From positions 1 through 61,105 of the forward strand of contig CAYZYR010000001.1 of NCBI GenBank assembly GCA_964482785.1: 61,105 nt of DNA. The letters run 5' to 3'. The first letter of the stretch is position 1, and each line of letters begins with the position of its first letter. This document shows, piece after piece, positions 27,628 to 37,885 of this stretch. This stretch comes from an uncultured Candidatus Saccharibacteria bacterium (GTDB lineage: Bacteria; Patescibacteriota; UBA1384; VFKW01). Both the position numbers and the translations under genes were made by a program. The notes beneath the pieces were generated by a model. The model was not told the DNA's origin. It worked only from the letters and a program-made list of their open reading frames with translations, and searched no databases.

Positions 27628-28263
27628 ATGGAAAGTGACAAGGATGGGAAAGGAATGAGCTGCGACAAAGGAGTGTCTGACAAAGAAGACATTCCCGCCA
27701 AGAAGCTGATGCTCGTAAGAGCGGCCTACGATGAGAATATCAAGGGACGGCCTGCTAATGAATTGATGGCTATTGGACGCTCTCTAATGTTCAATCTCCA
27801 GTCTGGATGGAGCAGTATTACTCCTCCCTGTCGAGCAAGTCTAGAGCAAATACTAGAAGGGTATGGACAAAAGGTCAGGACAAGTTGCCATGAGGCTTTT
27901 AGTAATGCCGTTACTGGACACGGCATCCATAAGAACCATCTCAATAATATTTTGACACTGGTATCTACTCATCGTATCACTCAGATCGAAGCATGTTTCC
28001 GATATGGTAAACTGGGTAATATTCCACAGCAGGTGTCGTGCTTAAGAGGAGCACTTAAGAGTATAATCGCTGAATCCACAGGCAATATCTTGGTTGTATT
28101 ACCTGTGATCAAAGCCGATCTTGCTCTCTATTCGCTCATACACTCGAATAACCATCCCACTCTTAAGGAGATCCCGTACATGTTCTCTGACTGCAAGGCA
28201 GTCGAAGTCGATCTGGTCGGCAATCAGGTCATCGACTTCAGTTCCCTCTCTCTTACGAGCTGA
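27628..28263 (+). CDS. orphan protein (GC-richer single-gene cassette)
   Basis: The ATG at 27628 follows AGAGGAAAG. A TATAAT -10 lies near 27490, and the ~125-nt leader contains the hairpin CTGGGGA-N8-TCCCAAG. A terminator follows immediately. No recognised domain. Confidence 0.55.
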   Translation: MESDKDGKGMSCDKGVSDKEDIPAKKLMLVRAAYDENIKGRPANELMAIGRSLMFNLQSGWSSITPPCRASLEQILEGYGQKVRTSCHEAFSNAVTGHGIHKNHLNNILTLVSTHRITQIEACFRYGKLGNIPQQVSCLRGALKSIIAESTGNILVVLPVIKADLALYSLIHSNNHPTLKEIPYMFSDCKAVEVDLVGNQVIDFSSLSLTS

Positions 28264-28275
28264 CTCCAACCAGCT

Positions 28276-28307
28276 AAAAAGGGGCCCTCTCTCGAGGGTC
28301 CATTTTT
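28276..28307. terminator. bidirectional terminator between convergent genes
   Basis: AAAAAGGGGCCCTC-TCTC-GAGGGTCCATTTTT. Confidence 0.7.
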
Positions 28308-28322
28308 ACATTACTCTCCAAA

Positions 28323-28574
28323 TCACTCCCAAAAACTATTCACCTGAGTATTTACATGAGTGATATTATCAAGTGTTTTACGCACTTTCTTGTTCTCTTT
28401 TCTTACCGCTGTATTAATTACATCCATTCGATCACTATCTGCCTCTACTCGATCAATGTAATTCAATGTTGAAGTCGTAAATTTATACAGAAAAACCGTT
28501 AAAGCTATCGCGCTTACAATCGACAACCACTGTATCGGTTTAGAAACCGGATCTCTCCACATCTCAGCCTCCAT
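28323..28574 (-). CDS. small single-TM coiled-coil protein, translationally coupled to the upstream giant gene
   Basis: The ATG overlaps the stop of the 1610-aa gene (TAATG at 28572-28576). One TM helix. Confidence 0.55.
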   Translation of the reverse strand: MEAEMWRDPVSKPIQWLSIVSAIALTVFLYKFTTSTLNYIDRVEADSDRMDVINTAVRKENKKVRKTLDNITHVNTQVNSFWE

Positions 28575-31500
28575 TAGTTAATATTCACTACTGTATCGCC
28601 TCCCATATTCAATATCGCAAAATTTTGCATTGATTGAATAAATGGAGCCTCTGCCTTGTATTTACCTTTAGTGACAACTCTCGCATAATATACCACAGCT
28701 TTATTAATACTGTCATTATATATCTGAAAAGTTGTCTTCTGTCCCTCAACAGTGGTCGGATAATTAAATTGAGCCTCTTTGCTAAAAGTCGAAATTCCTG
28801 TAATCGGTTTCAATCCCGAAGGTAGAAAATCTACAATTTTGTATATATTGCCATCATTACCGTTAATCTTAGGGGTTAATGTGATTTTAACAATATCCCC
28901 ATCTTTGAATACATTAGTGTTTTTCCCTGCCACGCTGTAAGACCTTGTTACACTAAGAGAATTACTCAACTGTTCCGCCGCTGGCCGATTACTTTCCATT
29001 ACTTGGCTGATAAGTCCGACTTTCCCCTTGATAGAGTTAAATTTCAATTTCCCCATCTCTTCTTCTGTCAACGATAATCTATAGATTTTACCTTTTTCCA
29101 GCTCAATTTTTTTACTCTTATTACCCACAGAATAATTAAAAGACACTCCATTATTCGAAATATCGCCCAAATACTTAGCCATTAGTGCCCTTTCAATCGA
29201 TATTAAATCTTCTCTTGGCATATTATCCACCGCAAATCTGATAAGATTTGGGTACTCATACCTCTGCAATCTAGTCGCCAATACTGCCGCCAGCGCCGTA
29301 ATTTTTATCGTCGCCTCTTCGTTTTCCTGTTTGTCAACATAATAATATATGCCTTTTTTTACTATCTCGCTGGCGACCGATTTAATATAAAGATCTCTTG
29401 CCGTTTCCAAATCTCCCAATCTGGTTAAGCCCAAAGCCACAAAAAGCGCTTCCCTGGTCGTCAATTCGCCCTTAGCCATGTCTTGTAATCTTGACAATAG
29501 CGGTTGGTCTAAACCTGCCAATCCATACAACGCCATTGTCCTTCTCGTTTTGTCTACTTTTTGATCTGACAATGATTTATTGAAATACCTAATCAAATCA
29601 GTTTTGTTCAAATCACCACTTCCTAAATCCATCGCTTTAGCCGAAAGCTCCAGATCATTATCAGAATAAGGCAATATCGCTAATCCTCCATTTTTAGTGT
29701 AGCTAGCGACCGACTCATCATAAGGTAATAATTGCTCGCCAAAATCGTTAATTAAAGAATCAGCAGCATATCGACGCGCCATTATTTGATCAAGCCTTTT
29801 CCCATTGTCAAAGTACAATCCCTTCAAAATATTGTACATCATACTCTTATCTTCGGCCGAGATCAGTAAGGCTGTACGTCCCTCGTCGCTCGCCTTAATC
29901 TTTGACAAATCCTTCGAAAGAGGATAATAATACTGCTTTTCAATTTGATAGTTACTATCTTTGACCACTATTTTCCGCATAATTCCATCATTATAACTGC
30001 CGATTTGCGTTTTGATCCTGATCTCATGCTCTCCTGCCGGCAATGTTCCCAGATCAATCATCGCTTGATTATTCTTATCTCCCACAACCTGTTTCTCGAT
30101 ATTAAGACTCCTTACGCTCACATCGTAAGTTGCTGTTCCTTCTTTACTCTTCTCTCCGAAGGTTCTCAACCTCAGATTTACCTGATCGCCTGTTAAATAA
30201 GTATCATTTAATGTCGCGTCCACAAAAACCGGCTTCCCAACTGGGATAAATGCTTCACTCTGACCCACTTCCAAATCAGACGTTACCCCGTGAACCAGGG
30301 TTTTAAATGAAGTTATATTGTCAGGAAGAGTAAATTCAAACGATGCTTTCCCCGCCCCATCAGTTTCAATTGTTTTATAAGCTGGCACATCAATTAACTT
30401 AAATCGATATTCATCGCCTCCGCCGCCCCCGCCGCCATCAAACACGTCAAATAAATTTTTATGGGAAGATCTGGAATAATACCTTGACCTGACAATATTA
30501 TAAATATCGTCTAGAATATTATTCTCTCCCTCATTTGTCTTCAAAGCTTCATCTGTAACTGCTATATTCAATTTCGTCTTTTTTCCTTTGCCGTTTTTAT
30601 CTTTTACATTTAAACTGATCTTTGCTTTCTCTCTCGGCTTGTATTTCTTTTTATCGAAACTGATCGCCATATCCAGCTTTCGTTCATTTTTGTCAAATAC
30701 GAGATTTACCAAATTTGACTCTTTAAATGTTCTGCCGTCAAACCATACCCCGTTAATATAAACATTAGGTAAATCTTCCGATTTATATTCATAATCTAAA
30801 GACGGTATATCTTGTATCTCAAAAGATTTTATCGTCGAATCGGATCTTATAAATACAAACTGATCTTTTGGTGGCAATTCCAATCCCTGTCCACTCAGTT
30901 TCAAGGTTGTTTTGTCTCCAATTTTATATCTCCTCTCTCCACTCAGGGCACTCTCGTCCGTCAAAATCAATCCTGACTCACCTACATAAGAGTCTCCTGC
31001 GGTTGAATAATAATTCATATCTTTAACTGTCCGCCCTTGACTATCAGTCGCGCTCATTTCAATTTTGTATCTTTTTTCTTTTTCCAAATCGCTAAGATTA
31101 TACGTCGCCTTGCCCTCTTTGTCGGTCTTCACTGTAAAATCTTTAATTTTATGTTCAATTACCGAATAAGCAAATTGTTCCTTCATCGCCTTAGTTATTG
31201 GATCGTAATATTCACCCGTCTTCGTCTTAATATCTTCTATCCAAAACACCGTCCCATTCACCTGCTGGTTTGCTCTCGGCGCTCCAATATGATCATCCGA
31301 ATTCAACTCGTTGTCATTCGCTTGTATCTCTAATTTTCCATTTTTAACCTGATCTTTCAAAAATATCGTCGACTCTAAGACCTGCAATCCGGACCTTCCC
31401 ACGATCTCAGCCTCTTCCGATGCACTCGACGAGATTGACATTCTTAGATAGTGTGGATAGTTACTGCCCTTATTATATATCGGTTTAACTTTAAAAGTTG

Positions 31501-33406
31501 CCACTCCGCTCGCATTGGTTTTTACACTACCATTTATCGGGTTAGTTGAATCACTGTTTGAATAATCCAGTGTCAAATTGCCAACCGGCGTCCCCTCAAA
31601 AAACGTCGCCTTAGCCGAAAAAATTACCTCTTCTCCTGAATAGATAATTTTTTTATCTTGCGTTAATGTCAAACTGTATGCCGGTTTTGTATACTGTTGT
31701 ATGTCCAAATACTGACGCAAAACAATTTTGTCATCATTTTTAATGTATAGATAATACGATCCACCCGGCATCAAATCTTTAATCTCTAAATTACTCGTGA
31801 ATGTCCCATAATTATCTAGTGAAATTTCTTTTCGACCGATCATCGTCTCACTATTATCAGTCCAATTATATTGAATGACCTCTGCCTTCAATCTCCCGAT
31901 TTTCGAACCATCTCTCGATTTAATTACCCCCCAAAAATTAATCTTATCAGTCGGTAGGTATTGAACTTTGTCTGTCGTTAAGTAGGAGTAATATTTGCCA
32001 TCGCTAGTCGTTACCCCGGGCATCCAATGGCCAGATATTCCGTTCCAAACCATCGGTATCAAAAGGGGAATTTTCCCACCATAATTAACCTCGAAAAATT
32101 TAAAATCTTGTGCACGACTAAGGTATAAAGTATCTAAAGTATCACTCAAATCTTCAAAATCTTTGCCTTTTGTCTCAATCAGTGCTACTCCTTCGCTATT
32201 TGTCTGCCCCAACTCCGATCCCCCAAATAGACTAATCTTCGCTCCCGAAATTGATTTTTTACTTTTAATATCTTTAAGCCACACTAAACTTTTGTCTTTG
32301 GTCGAGCTTAAATAACTGGCAACATCAGTAGCTTGCAAAGTCGTTACATTATAATTGCCCTCGATTTTATTGACTAAAATATAATAACCTTCTCCAAGCA
32401 CATTCGGCAACTCTAAATACCGATGGCTACCTCGATTGTTAATTGTCAATTCATAACTTCCCGATTTCTTCTTAGCCATTCCTGCCAACACTGAAGTGTT
32501 AACTCGATCATCCGCCCAGGCATACTTGCCGACCAAGTCCATATACGTATCAATAAAAGTTTTTGCCTCGGAAAATTTATAAGCGTCGATAGTTACTTTT
32601 TGTCCGTCCTCAATATTTTCTGTATAAATATCTAGTACCGCTTTCTCCTGCAAGTTAGCCTCATTAAAATCTTGCACAAAAGTAATATCCTGTCTGACCG
32701 CTGTCGATCCAGAAGCTTTAGTTGCAAATCTTATCACATAATCTTTCCCTAGCTTCTCACCCGTTTCCTTCACTGTCAGATCCTTGCTAATGGTCACAAA
32801 GTAGGCTGTATCCGCCTTCATTTGAGATTGGGATGGTTTAATAATTAAAACCTCACCCTTCTCTTCAGTCGTAAAGCTAGCACTAGGCTCAAATTTAACC
32901 ATATCTTTGACTGATTCAAAACCAGACCTATTAAAAACAATCTCTATCCCCGTATTTACCGGCACTTCATTCGTCTTGTCTTTTGGCGTAGAACCAATCA
33001 CTTGAAAAGGCGCTTTTACCTGAAAAGCCCATTGGTACGTACGATCCAACCCTGATGTTTGAGGCAGAGAAAATCGATAAATATCATCTGATGCCATTTC
33101 CTCTTTCAAGCTGACTCTTATCGAGCTGTTCGGCAATTTATTCACCGTAAAATCTACTTCAGGCTCTATCAGCAAATTTTTCTTTACCCAGTTTTTATCA
33201 ATCGATCCCTTCGCTTTTATCACAAAACTGCTATTTTTTGCGATCCCAAATATATCCTGACTCTCAGGTTCTAAAGAAAAGTTGCTTGCCATCACTCGCT
33301 TGATCGGCGCCTCTTTATTGAGCATTAGCAAACTAACACCCGCCACGCTGGCCAAAACAACCACCGTCAGTATTGCTATATAAATCGATCTTACTTTTTT
33401 AGTCAT
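28574..33406 (-). CDS. alpha-2-macroglobulin-like / MG-domain giant surface protein
   Basis: 1610 aa with an N-terminal TM anchor and a long series of beta-sandwich-like modules. A helical-repeat region near the C-terminus (..LYGLAGL.., ..ALFVALGLTRLGD..) resembles a thioester-domain toroid. RBS is AGGGAGGG. Confidence 0.6.
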   Translation of the reverse strand: MTKKVRSIYIAILTVVVLASVAGVSLLMLNKEAPIKRVMASNFSLEPESQDIFGIAKNSSFVIKAKGSIDKNWVKKNLLIEPEVDFTVNKLPNSSIRVSLKEEMASDDIYRFSLPQTSGLDRTYQWAFQVKAPFQVIGSTPKDKTNEVPVNTGIEIVFNRSGFESVKDMVKFEPSASFTTEEKGEVLIIKPSQSQMKADTAYFVTISKDLTVKETGEKLGKDYVIRFATKASGSTAVRQDITFVQDFNEANLQEKAVLDIYTENIEDGQKVTIDAYKFSEAKTFIDTYMDLVGKYAWADDRVNTSVLAGMAKKKSGSYELTINNRGSHRYLELPNVLGEGYYILVNKIEGNYNVTTLQATDVASYLSSTKDKSLVWLKDIKSKKSISGAKISLFGGSELGQTNSEGVALIETKGKDFEDLSDTLDTLYLSRAQDFKFFEVNYGGKIPLLIPMVWNGISGHWMPGVTTSDGKYYSYLTTDKVQYLPTDKINFWGVIKSRDGSKIGRLKAEVIQYNWTDNSETMIGRKEISLDNYGTFTSNLEIKDLMPGGSYYLYIKNDDKIVLRQYLDIQQYTKPAYSLTLTQDKKIIYSGEEVIFSAKATFFEGTPVGNLTLDYSNSDSTNPINGSVKTNASGVATFKVKPIYNKGSNYPHYLRMSISSSASEEAEIVGRSGLQVLESTIFLKDQVKNGKLEIQANDNELNSDDHIGAPRANQQVNGTVFWIEDIKTKTGEYYDPITKAMKEQFAYSVIEHKIKDFTVKTDKEGKATYNLSDLEKEKRYKIEMSATDSQGRTVKDMNYYSTAGDSYVGESGLILTDESALSGERRYKIGDKTTLKLSGQGLELPPKDQFVFIRSDSTIKSFEIQDIPSLDYEYKSEDLPNVYINGVWFDGRTFKESNLVNLVFDKNERKLDMAISFDKKKYKPREKAKISLNVKDKNGKGKKTKLNIAVTDEALKTNEGENNILDDIYNIVRSRYYSRSSHKNLFDVFDGGGGGGGDEYRFKLIDVPAYKTIETDGAGKASFEFTLPDNITSFKTLVHGVTSDLEVGQSEAFIPVGKPVFVDATLNDTYLTGDQVNLRLRTFGEKSKEGTATYDVSVRSLNIEKQVVGDKNNQAMIDLGTLPAGEHEIRIKTQIGSYNDGIMRKIVVKDSNYQIEKQYYYPLSKDLSKIKASDEGRTALLISAEDKSMMYNILKGLYFDNGKRLDQIMARRYAADSLINDFGEQLLPYDESVASYTKNGGLAILPYSDNDLELSAKAMDLGSGDLNKTDLIRYFNKSLSDQKVDKTRRTMALYGLAGLDQPLLSRLQDMAKGELTTREALFVALGLTRLGDLETARDLYIKSVASEIVKKGIYYYVDKQENEEATIKITALAAVLATRLQRYEYPNLIRFAVDNMPREDLISIERALMAKYLGDISNNGVSFNYSVGNKSKKIELEKGKIYRLSLTEEEMGKLKFNSIKGKVGLISQVMESNRPAAEQLSNSLSVTRSYSVAGKNTNVFKDGDIVKITLTPKINGNDGNIYKIVDFLPSGLKPITGISTFSKEAQFNYPTTVEGQKTTFQIYNDSINKAVVYYARVVTKGKYKAEAPFIQSMQNFAILNMGGDTVVNIN

Positions 33407-33513
33407 TTATCCCTCCCTTCTTCATGACCTTGTCTTCTATATAAAAGATAAGTTGCTCCTCCTAGGAACATTAAGCCTATTAAACCGATAATCACCCATT
33501 TTGGCATTGCCAT
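33403..33513 (-). CDS. candidate 36-aa single-TM microprotein coupled to the giant gene
   Basis: MAMPKWVIIGLIGLMFLGGATYLLYRRQGHEEGRDK. Its TGA overlaps the ATG of the 1610-aa gene (ATGA). The RBS is weak. Confidence 0.3.
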   Translation of the reverse strand: MAMPKWVIIGLIGLMFLGGATYLLYRRQGHEEGRDK

Positions 33514-33699
33514 TAATTCGTCTTTTAACTGATTTAAAACAATTATTATCAGCGCCGTTGATCCTCAATATGTCATTATCTTATATTTAGCAACGATCCC
33601 TCCAACTATAATAAGTATACTTTCAAATGCCAGTAATAGTCCATAGAAATATTTATCCTCGTCCCCTCCATCTGAGAGATATGTTTACATTTCTATATT

Positions 33700-33988
33700 A
33701 ATACTTTTTACCTCGCCAAAGCAATATGTATGTCTCGTTTTTTAGCAAACAAATACAAAGTTATAACCATTAAAATCAATAGCGTCCAAACTTATCTGCC
33801 AAAGCACCTGACGGCACTTCAGCGATAAGTCCGATTGTAAACGCCAATCCATCAAGGATACCAACTCGCTGATCATTAATAAAAAGACGATAAAAATACA
33901 GCCACGCTGCACCGACAAACCATATATTTGTCACTGTTCGGTAAACAATATATTTTCTTGATAGCCATTGCTGATTCTCTGTCATCAT
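33700..33988 (-). pseudogene. remnant of an MFS transporter N-terminus
   Basis: The 70-aa ORF ends at ...GALADKFGRY (MFS motif A-like). Another frame continues LILMVITLYLFAKK... and then degenerates. Confidence 0.45.
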
Positions 33989-34107
33989 TTAGTAATTATC
34001 AAACACTTTAAAAAAATATTCCCCCCAAGAAAATATCTGGGTTTGGCTCCGCCAAAGCCTAGAAAAAATCGCCCATTCGGGCGACAACATCTCGGAAAGT
34101 TCCATTT

Positions 34108-34193
34108 TGGTGCTTGGGAGAGGACTCGAACCTCCATGGGTTTTACCCCGCTAGCTCCTAAGGCTAGTGCGTCTACCATTTCGCCACCCAAGC
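34108..34193 (-). tRNA. tRNA-Leu(UAG)
   Basis: rc: GCTTGGG TG GCGAAATGGTAGACGC A CTAGC CTTAGGA GCTAG, a long variable arm, then GGAGG TTCGAGT CCTCT CCCAAGC A CCA. CCA is encoded. Confidence 0.9.
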
Positions 34194-34224
34194 ATCTTAT
34201 TATCCATCACATCAATCACAAACA

Positions 34225-34683
34225 TCAATTCGCTGTCACTTTGTCTTTCAATTTATCAAATATACCCTCGCCGATCCCTTTCACATCCTTCAGTTGGTCG
34301 ATCGAACTGAACCGTCCAATCTTATTCCGATACTCTATTATCGCCGTCGCTTTGCTCGGTCCGATCCCCGGCAAACTATCTAATGCCGCTGCGTCTGCCG
34401 AATTAATATCCACTAATCCATTTGTTTCGGTTGCTTCCACCCTTCCCTCTGTTGTACCGGCTAGTGACTTTTCCGTCGCCGCCCTCTGTTCCTGTAAACT
34501 ATTTATCGTTTCAGTCATCTCTCTTTTTTCGCGCTCCCAATTCTCCTTTTCCACCATTATAGCATTTTTCTCTCTTGTCAAAGCGTCCTTCTGCTCTTCA
34601 AAAAGCAATATAATTCCACCCAAAGCAATAAACAATATCAAGCCGATCGTGATCGCGCTATTGTGTTTCTCTAGCCATTTCAA
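34225..34683 (-). CDS. comEA: competence protein ComEA (helix-hairpin-helix DNA receptor)
   Basis: An N-terminal TM helix and the C-terminal INSADAAALDSLPGIGPSKATAIIEYR...LKDVKGIGEGIFDKLKD tandem HhH motifs. Confidence 0.85.
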   Translation of the reverse strand: MKWLEKHNSAITIGLILFIALGGIILLFEEQKDALTREKNAIMVEKENWEREKREMTETINSLQEQRAATEKSLAGTTEGRVEATETNGLVDINSADAAALDSLPGIGPSKATAIIEYRNKIGRFSSIDQLKDVKGIGEGIFDKLKDKVTAN

Positions 34684-34692
34684 AATTTCCCC

Positions 34693-36795
34693 CTACTCTA
34701 AGTGTCTTGTATTTCTAAATTCCTCAAGTTTCGAAATCAATATCGGATAATTACTTAAATCGGCCCTCATTATTTTCTCCGCCGCCGATCTAGTTTTTTG
34801 TATCAATATTGTATCAGTTAATGACGCCATTTTCAAGTCAGGTAAACCTGATTGACGAATTCCCGCCAATTCTCCCGGTCCTCTCAAAGCCAGATCCTTC
34901 TCCGCCAGTTTAAATCCGTCGCTGCTTTCAACCAAAGCCCTCAATCTTTCTTCCGTGTTTTTCGACCAGCTGTTCGCAAAAAGCAGACAATAAGATTGAT
35001 GTTTTCCTCTCCCAACTCGTCCTCTAAACTGATGAAGTTGCGCCAGCCCAAATCTCTCCGCCCCTTCAATCATCATTACTGTCGCATTCGGTACATCAAT
35101 TCCCACTTCAATCACAGCTGTCGACACTAAAATCGCCAATTTTCCTTCGCTAAAATCTCTCATTACTTCTTCTTTTTCCTTATTTTTCATTTTTCCATGC
35201 AAAAGCCCGATTTTAAATTCCGGGAAAATTTCCTTTGACAATTTCTCATATTCTTCAATCGCTGATTTTTTCTCTACCTCAAATAGCTCCGCCTGACTCA
35301 GTGAATTCTCAATCTCCGCTTCAGTTGTTTCTTCAATTTTCCCTTCATTATCTTTTTGTTTTTTGTTTTTTACTTTTTGATTTATAAGAGGGCAAACCAC
35401 AAAAACCTGTCTCCCTTCATCAACCTCTTTTTTAATAAATGAATATGCTTTCATTCTTTCATTCGGCGATACGATCCTTGTTTTGATCACTTGTCTTCCC
35501 GCCGGCAATTCGTCAATGATTGAAATATCTAAATCACCGTATAAAGCCAATGCCAATGTTCGCGGGATCGGCGTCGCCGTCATCGACAACAAATGTGGCA
35601 TTGCCCCCTTCTGGTCACCAGCAGTCAGTTGCCTGTTGCGCAGCTTACCTCGCTGGGCTACTCCAAACCGATGCTGTTCATCAACAACCAACAGTCCAAG
35701 TCTTGGATATTCCATCTTATCCTGAATCAGCGCCTGTGTTCCCACTATCACATCAGCTTTATGATGATCATCCTTTACACTCCCCGTCACTAACGCTACT
35801 TTAATCTCAAAAGGGGAGAGTAGCTTAGATAAATTATTAAAATGTTGTTTAGCTAAAATTTCTGTCGGTGCCATCCATACGGCCTGATAACCGCTTTTTA
35901 CTATTACCAGACAAGCTATCGCTCCTACCACCGTTTTCCCCGAGCCAACATCACCTTCCAATAGACGGTTCATCGGATGCGATTTTCCCAGATCTTTCAC
36001 GATCTCCCACGCCGTTTTCCTCTGCGCGTTAGTCAAATCAAATGAAAGACTGGACACAAACCCCTTCAAAACAGCCTCGTCCACAGACATTGCCACACCG
36101 ATTTCTGTACCCGCTTCAGTTCGAGTTTGCGCCATCGATAAATTTATTAAAAACAACTCGTCAAAGGCCAATCGATATTTCGCCGCCTCCAATGCCTCAA
36201 GCGAACTCGGATGATGAATTTGCCTTGCCGCCTCAGCCAAATCAACCAAATCATATTCATCCTTCACTTCTTCTGGCAACCAATCTTCCAAATTATCAAC
36301 AAAATGTAAAGCCTGAGAAATAATCTTTTCATAAATCTTCGATGAAATCCCATTCGATTCAACGTAAACCGGCTCGATCCTCTCTTCTCGAATTATAATC
36401 GGCCCACTCAAGTTCCGCTCTTTATTCTTCCAATCATAGTCAATTTTGCCGTGCAACGTTACCGGCATATTTACCTTTATCATTCTCTCGATAAAACCCT
36501 GATTAAACCAAACCGCTTTGATTTCTCCTGTCTCGTCTTCCACCGTCGCCTTCACCACCATCATATGTTTTACTCTTGTTCGATCTTTTGTGATTGCTGT
36601 GATCCGTCCTTTAATCGTCACTTCCTGATCGCGGTTGCACCAGATAATCGGTGTAAAATTGCGATAGTCTTCCCATTTTCTCGGATAATAAAATAACAGG
36701 TCTTTAATTGTCGAAAGACCGATTTTTTCAAGTTTTTCACTGATCTTTGGCCCCACTCCTGAAAGACCCCTGATTGATAAATTCAAATCTAACAT
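34693..36795 (-). CDS. recG: ATP-dependent DNA helicase RecG
   Basis: GDVGSGKT, DEQHRFG and TATPIPRTLA motifs, plus the wedge-domain N-terminus. I prefer ATG 36795 (MLDLNLSIRGLSGVGPK...) over the track TTG 36816. Confidence 0.95.
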   Translation of the reverse strand: MLDLNLSIRGLSGVGPKISEKLEKIGLSTIKDLLFYYPRKWEDYRNFTPIIWCNRDQEVTIKGRITAITKDRTRVKHMMVVKATVEDETGEIKAVWFNQGFIERMIKVNMPVTLHGKIDYDWKNKERNLSGPIIIREERIEPVYVESNGISSKIYEKIISQALHFVDNLEDWLPEEVKDEYDLVDLAEAARQIHHPSSLEALEAAKYRLAFDELFLINLSMAQTRTEAGTEIGVAMSVDEAVLKGFVSSLSFDLTNAQRKTAWEIVKDLGKSHPMNRLLEGDVGSGKTVVGAIACLVIVKSGYQAVWMAPTEILAKQHFNNLSKLLSPFEIKVALVTGSVKDDHHKADVIVGTQALIQDKMEYPRLGLLVVDEQHRFGVAQRGKLRNRQLTAGDQKGAMPHLLSMTATPIPRTLALALYGDLDISIIDELPAGRQVIKTRIVSPNERMKAYSFIKKEVDEGRQVFVVCPLINQKVKNKKQKDNEGKIEETTEAEIENSLSQAELFEVEKKSAIEEYEKLSKEIFPEFKIGLLHGKMKNKEKEEVMRDFSEGKLAILVSTAVIEVGIDVPNATVMMIEGAERFGLAQLHQFRGRVGRGKHQSYCLLFANSWSKNTEERLRALVESSDGFKLAEKDLALRGPGELAGIRQSGLPDLKMASLTDTILIQKTRSAAEKIMRADLSNYPILISKLEEFRNTRHLE

Positions 36796-36922
36796 ATCAG
36801 GCCAATTATAGCCCAAAACCAGACGAAAACCAAGAAATTAGAAGTCAAATGATCAATTTTTAACGTAAAATATCGTAAAATACTCAATGATAAATGTTCA
36901 TGGAAAAGGAGAAACGACGATA

Positions 36923-37555
36923 ATGGCCGCCTACAGAGAGGTAATATCAGTTAAACGAGATCTAGCAGCCCATTTTAGTTGCGACGCTGATGCACTAGGC
37001 TTAGACGACGTTACTATGATCGACTACGACATAAGAAATGAAGAGGCTTTTGGGGGACAGGACAGACATGGAATTACCTTGGATCGGGCCATCGTTGACA
37101 ATCCCATCTTGACCTTTACTTGTAAGAGTACTGTCGAACTGGCCACCGATATGATTTATCATGTCTGTAAAGACTATCCTAACGTAAGAATTCTACCTCG
37201 CGACGCAGATCACGTGATCATCAAGTCTGTTTATGAGTCAATATTTCGTAAAGAGGGAATTAAAGATTCCTTAGCAATAGAACTCATCGGCATGGCTGAC
37301 CCAAACACTTCAGGTCTTCTTCGGGATTTTTCCAACTGCCCTTTTGACGATAAGGAGAAAATGTTCAGAAACTTGGAAAAAGCTCATTATCTTGGATATA
37401 CTGGCACCGGCCAGGAAATCATCCAAGCCATTTCCGATGGCAAACTTTCCAAACCAGGGTTCTTCGAAGAGCGAATGCTCATGGGCATCTTCTGTGATAT
37501 TGCTCACTCTCTATCGTGTGCCGACAACACACTCAATGAGACCGTGCATCACTAA
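36923..37555 (+). CDS. orphan protein (GC-richer single-gene cassette)
   Basis: The ATG at 36923 follows GGAAAAGGAGAAA. The product is 210 aa with no recognised domain. It sits between recG and ruvA, which are both on the minus strand. Confidence 0.55.
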   Translation: MAAYREVISVKRDLAAHFSCDADALGLDDVTMIDYDIRNEEAFGGQDRHGITLDRAIVDNPILTFTCKSTVELATDMIYHVCKDYPNVRILPRDADHVIIKSVYESIFRKEGIKDSLAIELIGMADPNTSGLLRDFSNCPFDDKEKMFRNLEKAHYLGYTGTGQEIIQAISDGKLSKPGFFEERMLMGIFCDIAHSLSCADNTLNETVHH

Positions 37556-37885
37556 CTAGTCGAACAATCACAGTTCGTGCCTACAACTCTGATGACCGGT
37601 GGTAAACTGGAGGAGACCAATTTCATATTAAGGAATATATCTCTGCCGGATAATTCCATCGCTGTTCCCTAGAAGCTCGCTTCCAAGTACTGGTTCGCAA
37701 GTGCAACATTACTTACTGCGATCGACGATGATCCCCAAGGCCTAAAGTCTCGCTACGATGTGAATTTTATCGGATACATTCAGCTCGGCGTCATCTCTGG
37801 CTTTGATGCCCACTAGTCTGCGTTGTTCCTCCTCTCTCCTCCCTAATTCGCTTAGTAAATGGACTATCCACAAGCGATCAAACTA

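Noticed and set aside
33968-34750. 260-aa plus-strand ORF.
   Set aside because: It runs across tRNA-Leu and is antisense to comEA. It is low-complexity and has no RBS.
34852-36696. Plus-strand ORFs within recG (34852-35130, 35483-35804, 36042-36323 and 36451-36696).
   Set aside because: They are antisense to an unambiguous recG.
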